A stretch of DNA of 31,432 bases, from UHGV virus genome UHGV-0112447; one strand, written 5' to 3'. The notes under the pieces were generated by a model. That model was not told where the DNA came from. It saw only the letters and a list, made by a program, of their open reading frames with translations, and ran no database searches. Position numbers and translations under genes: made by a program. Origin of the DNA: a virus. Shown here in pieces: positions 26,812 through 31,432 of this stretch (the first letter of the stretch is position 1; the number at the start of each line of letters is the position of its first letter).

Positions 26812-27115
26812 TGTGCTGACGCTGTACGAGATTAAATACGCGATGGATTCCATCGGCAACCAGATACCAGTGAGTACGCCGCGCGAGGTCTATGCCCGCG
26901 TGGAGAGCATCGGGCGCTCCGACTGGGCGGAGGGCGGCAGACTGGGGCTAAAGCCCGAGATCAGGGCGGTGCTCTGCCTGTTTGATTACGAGGGAGAGCA
27001 GGAGGCGGATTACAGAGGGACGCGGTACAGCGTATACCGCACCTATTCTCCCAGCGATTCCGACCGGATTGAGCTGTATCTGACCGAGAGGAGCGGCATC
27101 AATGGCGACGATTAA
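26804..27115 (+). CDS. Head closure protein
   Basis: DYEGE...YSVYRTY...IELY motifs; synteny. Confidence 0.75.
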   Translation: MDDVLTLYEIKYAMDSIGNQIPVSTPREVYARVESIGRSDWAEGGRLGLKPEIRAVLCLFDYEGEQEADYRGTRYSVYRTYSPSDSDRIELYLTERSGINGDD

Positions 27116-27485
27116 ATCGGACCAGCTCGAGGCGGCGGTGGCAAGGGAGCTCGCGGCGTATTCTGACGAGCTGGCCGAGGATACAAAGCAATGCGTCAGT
27201 GACGCGGCCCGTCTCGCGCTGTCCGAAGTGCGTGCCCGCTCGCCGGTTGACACCGGCGCGTACAAACGCGGTTGGCGGCTGAAAAAGGCATACGAGAGCG
27301 ATACCGATATCCGGCTGCGCGTCTACAACGCAACCTCATACATGCTGACCCACTTGTTGGAGCATGGGCACGCCAAGGCGGGCGGTGGCCGCGTTCCGGG
27401 ATATCCGCATATTGCTCCCGCCGAGCGGGCGGCATCTGAAAAACTCGGCCGGGAGATTAAGATCAAGGTGGAGAAGGAGGATTAA
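27102..27485 (+). CDS. HK97 gp10-like tail completion protein
   Basis: SPVDTG and LTHLLEHGH...PHIAPA motifs. Confidence 0.85.
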   Translation: MATIKSDQLEAAVARELAAYSDELAEDTKQCVSDAARLALSEVRARSPVDTGAYKRGWRLKKAYESDTDIRLRVYNATSYMLTHLLEHGHAKAGGGRVPGYPHIAPAERAASEKLGREIKIKVEKED

Positions 27486-27487
27486 GG

Positions 27488-27799
27488 ATGGACGAACAGG
27501 AGATGCTTGCGCTGCTCAATTCCTCCGGGATTCCGTTCGCCTATCAGGTCTGGCGCAGCCCGCCAAAGCTGCCCTGGGGCGTTTTTCGCGTCGGGGAGAA
27601 CAATGAGTTTTACGCCGACGGGGTGCTGTATTACGCGGTGCGCGGTTATCAGATCGAGCTTTATACCGCCAAAAAAGACCCAGCGGCGGAGGAAATGCTC
27701 GAAAACGCTTTGACGGCCGCCGGGATATCCTTTGGCCGCAGCGAGGACTATATCGAGAGCGAGAGGCTCTATCAAATCATTTATGACTGTGAGGTGTAA
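27488..27799 (+). CDS. Tail terminator-like protein
   Basis: FYADG..Y and IELYT.KKD motifs; precedes the major tail gene. Confidence 0.7.
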   Translation: MDEQEMLALLNSSGIPFAYQVWRSPPKLPWGVFRVGENNEFYADGVLYYAVRGYQIELYTAKKDPAAEEMLENALTAAGISFGRSEDYIESERLYQIIYDCEV

Positions 27800-27801
27800 A
27801 T

Positions 27802-28374
27802 GTGGCAAACAAAAACAAGGTCAAGTTTAACCTGAAAAACGTTCACTATGCCAAACTGACCGAATCGGATGGCGTAGTGACCTATGGTACGCCGGTGGCA
27901 ATCCCCGGCGCGGTCAGCCTGTCTTTGTCCGCCGAGGGAGATACAACCCCGTTTTACGCGGACGGCGTCAAATATTATGTAGCCGTCGCAAATAACGGGT
28001 ATTCCGGCGATCTCGAGATCGCGCTGATCCCCGACAGTTTTCGGACAGATATCCTCGGGGATACAGTAGACAGCACCGCCAAGGTGGTGATCGAAAACGC
28101 GCTGACAGAGCCGGGGCGGTTTGCTCTGCTCTTTGAGTTCGACGGTGACCAGAACTCGATCCGGCACGTGTTCTGGAACTGCACCGCAACCCGTCCCTCG
28201 GTGGAGGGCTCGACCACCACCGCGAGCAAGGAAGTATCGACCGAAAAGCTGACCATCGACGCCGCTCCGCTCGCGGACGGCAGGGTCAAGGCCAAGACCG
28301 GGGCAGAGACTACCGAAACAGTATACAACGGGTGGTACAGCGAGGTGTTTGAGCCGACCGCCAATGGGGGCTAA
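27802..28374 (+). CDS. Major tail protein, phi13-like
   Basis: NKVKFNLKNVHYA, FYADG and FALLFEFDGD motifs. Confidence 0.9.
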   Translation: MANKNKVKFNLKNVHYAKLTESDGVVTYGTPVAIPGAVSLSLSAEGDTTPFYADGVKYYVAVANNGYSGDLEIALIPDSFRTDILGDTVDSTAKVVIENALTEPGRFALLFEFDGDQNSIRHVFWNCTATRPSVEGSTTTASKEVSTEKLTIDAAPLADGRVKAKTGAETTETVYNGWYSEVFEPTANGG

Positions 28375-28379
28375 CGCGG

Positions 28380-28736
28380 ATGGAAAGAGAGATTATGGTG
28401 GGGACTGTGACGGCGCGTTTTCGGGCGACCGCCGCGGTCCCGCGCCTCTATCGGATTAAATTTAAGCGGGATATCCTGCGGGATATGGCAGCGCTGCAAA
28501 AGGCGTATGTCCACGACGAGGACGGGGACCGGGTAGACGTTGACAAGCTGGATTTGGAGGCAATCGAAAATATTGCCTATATCATGGCAAAGCACGCCGA
28601 CCCGCAGGGAGTGCCCTCTGACCCGGATGAATGGCTGACGCAGTTTGAGGGCTTCTCGCTTTACCGCGCAGCGGGCGAGATCATCAGCCTGTGGACCGAG
28701 AACATGCAGGGGTCGGTCTCGCCAAAAAAACTTTAA
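28380..28736 (+). CDS. Tail assembly chaperone (gpG-like)
   Basis: Between major tail and tape measure; ends CCA AAA AAA CTT TAA. Confidence 0.85.
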   Translation: MEREIMVGTVTARFRATAAVPRLYRIKFKRDILRDMAALQKAYVHDEDGDRVDVDKLDLEAIENIAYIMAKHADPQGVPSDPDEWLTQFEGFSLYRAAGEIISLWTENMQGSVSPKKL

Positions 28737-28918
28737 GGGCTACGGCGCGGGAAACGTCGGACGCCCTTTTTCTTCTGCGGTGCGTGCAGTTGGGCCTGCA
28801 AATTTCGGAGCTGGAGCTTTTGACGGTGGGCATGGTGTTTGACATGATCTCTGAGAGCGCCAACGATGACGAGGACTGGCCCGAGCTGGCGACGCAGGAG
28901 GATTTTGACAAGTTTTAA
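28724..28918 (+). CDS. Frameshifted tail chaperone extension (gpT-like)
   Basis: -1 frame open from the A7 run; ends ATQEDFDKF. Confidence 0.8.
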   Translation, partial: KKTLRATARETSDALFLLRCVQLGLQISELELLTVGMVFDMISESANDDEDWPELATQEDFDKF

Positions 28919-28979
28919 TCATGAGGATAGGGCGCGAATCGGTCGTGCCCTTTGCTGATGGTTAAAAAGGAGGTGCGGC

Positions 28980-31031
28980 ATGGCGACAAAAATCAGAGGA
29001 ATCACCATAGAGATCGGCGGCGACACGTCACCGCTTGCCAAAGCGCTCAAAGGAATCAACGCCGAGGTAAAGGACACGCAGCAGCAGCTCAAGGATGTGG
29101 AGAAGCTACTAAAATTTGACCCCGGCAACACCGAGGCGCTTCGGCAAAAGCAGGGACTGCTCAACCAGTCGGTGGAGGATCACAAAAAAAAACTGGAAGC
29201 TGTCAAAGCAATACAGGATCAGTTAAACAGGACGCTGGCCGAGGGCGGAGAGGTCAACCAAAAGCAGCTCAATGCAGTCAACCGAGAGGTTGAGTTTTTG
29301 ACAAAAGAGCTGGAGGATGCGGAGAAAAAAGCAAAGGATTTTAACGCCACGTGCGAAAAAATCGGCGCTACGGCAAAGGAGATGGGAGACAAGCTCACAG
29401 GCGCGGCAAAAGCGTTTGCACCGGTTTCAGCGGCGGGCGCGGCGGTTGCGGCGGGTCTGGGCGCTGCTGCGGTAAGCGCAGGAAAATCCGCCGATGACAT
29501 CAACACTCTTGCCAAGGTGACGGGGCTTTCGACCGAACAGATTCAAAAATTTGCATATGCGTCGGATTTAATCGACGTTTCGCTCGATACCCTGACCGGA
29601 TCGATGTCCAAGATGATCAAAAACATGGACACAGCCCGCAGAGGGACGGGTACTGCGGCAGAAGCGTTTAGCGCGCTGCATGTGCGGATCACCAACGCAG
29701 ACGGGTCTCTACGGGACAGTCAGGACGTTTTCGAGGATGTGATTAGGAAGCTTGGGCGGATGCAAAACGAAACCGAGCGGGACGCGGCCGCAATGGCAAT
29801 TTTCGGTAAATCCGCTCGGGAATTAAATCCGCTGATTTTAGGCGGTGCGGAGGCGCTGCGTGAACTGGGAGACGAAGCCGAAAAGTCGGGGCTGATCTTG
29901 TCACAGGAATCGTTGGATGGAGCAAACGCGTTCAACGATGAACTGGACACTCTCAAGGCAACGGCGGCGGCGACCAAAAACGCAATCGGGGCGGAGCTTG
30001 CCGCGGCACTGCTGCCGCTGATGCGTGATTTGACCGAGGTGCTCAAAGGGGTGATGGAATGGCTTCGCGGGCTGGACGGCGAGACGCTCAAATGGATTGC
30101 GACGGTCGCTTTGCTGGTCGGAGCGGTTGCGCCGGTGCTGGGATTTTTGGGGCAGATGGCATTCGGGGTTAATCAGTTGATGATTCTGCTACCAAAGCTC
30201 GGCGCTGCAATGGGGGCGCTCAAAGGGATTACTGCCGGAGTTGGGACGGCCTTGTCCGGCGTCGGGTCATTTTTGCTGTCGTGGCCCGGCCTGATTTTGG
30301 CGGTTGTCGCGGCCATTGCGATTGCGGGGGACGATATTCAGGCGGCGCTTGGCAAGCTGGACAACTTTCTCAAGGGGATCTTTGAAAAGGACTGGACGGA
30401 GGTGTTTGGAAGTGCCGGAGAGGTTGTCAACGGATTTTTTGCCAACATCAAAAATCTATGGGATTCAATCAAAAAGGTGCTTGACGGCGTGATTGATTTT
30501 ATCCGGGGCGTTTTCACTGGGGATTGGGAGCGCGCGTGGAAGGGCGTTTCGAAGATCTTCGAGGGCGTCTTTAGGGGGCTGGCGGCAATCGCAGCCGCGC
30601 CGATCAATATGGTAATCGGCGTAATCAACTGGCTGATCGATGGCCTCAACACATTTTTCAAGTGGCTCAACAGCATTAAGCTTCCGGATTTTCTCGGCGG
30701 GGGCAGCCTGTTTAATCTGGGAGAGGTTGGAAAAATCAATTACATCGACACCAGCAACCTTGCAGATTCTCTTTTTGGTGCAAAAAAAGCGTCTGCGAGC
30801 GCGGATCGGGTGATCAATACCGCGGCACGCGACCGTCTGGCCCAAAAAGCACGAGAGCGTGAGGAGCGCAAGGCAGCGGCTTCTCAGCGCGCTAAGCTGA
30901 TGGAAGGCCAGCCCATGACCATCAATAACTACAACAGCATCAACGCGGATAATCTGGCGCAAGTGGCGCGAATGGAGCAGACGCTTAACGGCCAGCGGCA
31001 GAGCATCCGCGCGGGATACGCAGGAGGTTAA
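28980..31031 (+). CDS. Tail tape measure protein, 683 aa
   Basis: IRGITIEIGGDT start; Ala-rich helical body; FTGDWERAW aromatic repeats. Confidence 0.95.
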   Translation: MATKIRGITIEIGGDTSPLAKALKGINAEVKDTQQQLKDVEKLLKFDPGNTEALRQKQGLLNQSVEDHKKKLEAVKAIQDQLNRTLAEGGEVNQKQLNAVNREVEFLTKELEDAEKKAKDFNATCEKIGATAKEMGDKLTGAAKAFAPVSAAGAAVAAGLGAAAVSAGKSADDINTLAKVTGLSTEQIQKFAYASDLIDVSLDTLTGSMSKMIKNMDTARRGTGTAAEAFSALHVRITNADGSLRDSQDVFEDVIRKLGRMQNETERDAAAMAIFGKSARELNPLILGGAEALRELGDEAEKSGLILSQESLDGANAFNDELDTLKATAAATKNAIGAELAAALLPLMRDLTEVLKGVMEWLRGLDGETLKWIATVALLVGAVAPVLGFLGQMAFGVNQLMILLPKLGAAMGALKGITAGVGTALSGVGSFLLSWPGLILAVVAAIAIAGDDIQAALGKLDNFLKGIFEKDWTEVFGSAGEVVNGFFANIKNLWDSIKKVLDGVIDFIRGVFTGDWERAWKGVSKIFEGVFRGLAAIAAAPINMVIGVINWLIDGLNTFFKWLNSIKLPDFLGGGSLFNLGEVGKINYIDTSNLADSLFGAKKASASADRVINTAARDRLAQKAREREERKAAASQRAKLMEGQPMTINNYNSINADNLAQVARMEQTLNGQRQSIRAGYAGG

Positions 31032-31432
31032 TGGAGATGGCGAGCAATTACAGAGCGGAGATGTCCACCCCTCACATTTATCCGACAGACGGGATGATCG
31101 GCGTGCTCGATCAGGCAAAGCCGTCGATCTTCGCAGCGGCGATCAGGCAGGGGGACAGCTATGTGCGTCCCTCGGGAAACGCCACCTTTTATTTTACCGT
31201 TTACCGGGGCGGGGAAGTGATTCAGGCGGAGCGAAGCCTGTCGCTGCCGGTGACGACGAGCGAGGGCACCCCGCCCTGGTCGGCGGTTACCGTCCCGGCC
31301 AACACCTTTCCGGCGGACGACGACGGATGGGGAGCGGGCGGCGGGCTGATTGTCCATTACCGCATCACCTATTCGGGGTGGGGCGGCGTTGTCACCGTCC
31401 CGCTCGACGACAGCGGAAGTCTCCAGATCGGA
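31031..31432 (+). CDS. N-terminal 134 codons of the minor tail protein continuing at position 1
   Basis: GGAGG RBS, TAATG overlap, no stop to the window end; shares the PANTFP motif with 1..1521. Confidence 0.8.
   Translation, partial: MEMASNYRAEMSTPHIYPTDGMIGVLDQAKPSIFAAAIRQGDSYVRPSGNATFYFTVYRGGEVIQAERSLSLPVTTSEGTPPWSAVTVPANTFPADDDGWGAGGGLIVHYRITYSGWGGVVTVPLDDSGSLQIG

Larger units (their letters stand above)
1..31432. mobile_element. Complete circular siphovirus genome, temperate-derived, integrase absent
   Basis: All head, tail, lysis and replication modules present once; ORF at 31031 continues in frame into position 1. Confidence 0.9.

Overview
The window appears to be the complete, circularly permuted 31,432-bp genome of a GC-rich HK97-type siphovirus, probably infecting a Clostridia-type Firmicute. 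The ORF starting at 31031 runs in frame into base 1. Module order: baseplate/tail fibre, lysis, an accessory cassette, a lysis/lysogeny switch, early and replication genes (initiator with iterons, DnaB-like helicase, RusA, SNF2-methyltransferase fusion), a RinA/ArpU-like late activator, a counter-oriented accessory cassette, a structured late leader, HNH/cos/terminase, head and tail genes. Most striking points: (1) there is no integrase, and the CI-like repressor breaks off after about 26 codons next to an att-arm-like repeat while promoters and operators remain intact, suggesting a lytic-locked derivative of a temperate phage; (2) a C5 DNA methyltransferase appears collapsed to a 27-codon in-frame scar; (3) a probable -1 frameshift appends an Ig/cadherin-like domain to the major capsid protein; (4) a perfect-consensus antisense promoter drives a candidate ~60-nt sRNA; (5) a ~240-nt multi-hairpin leader precedes the packaging genes; (6) two self-contained promoter + small ORF + regulator cassettes resemble anti-defence loci. 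All family assignments come from motif recognition and synteny only; no searches were run.
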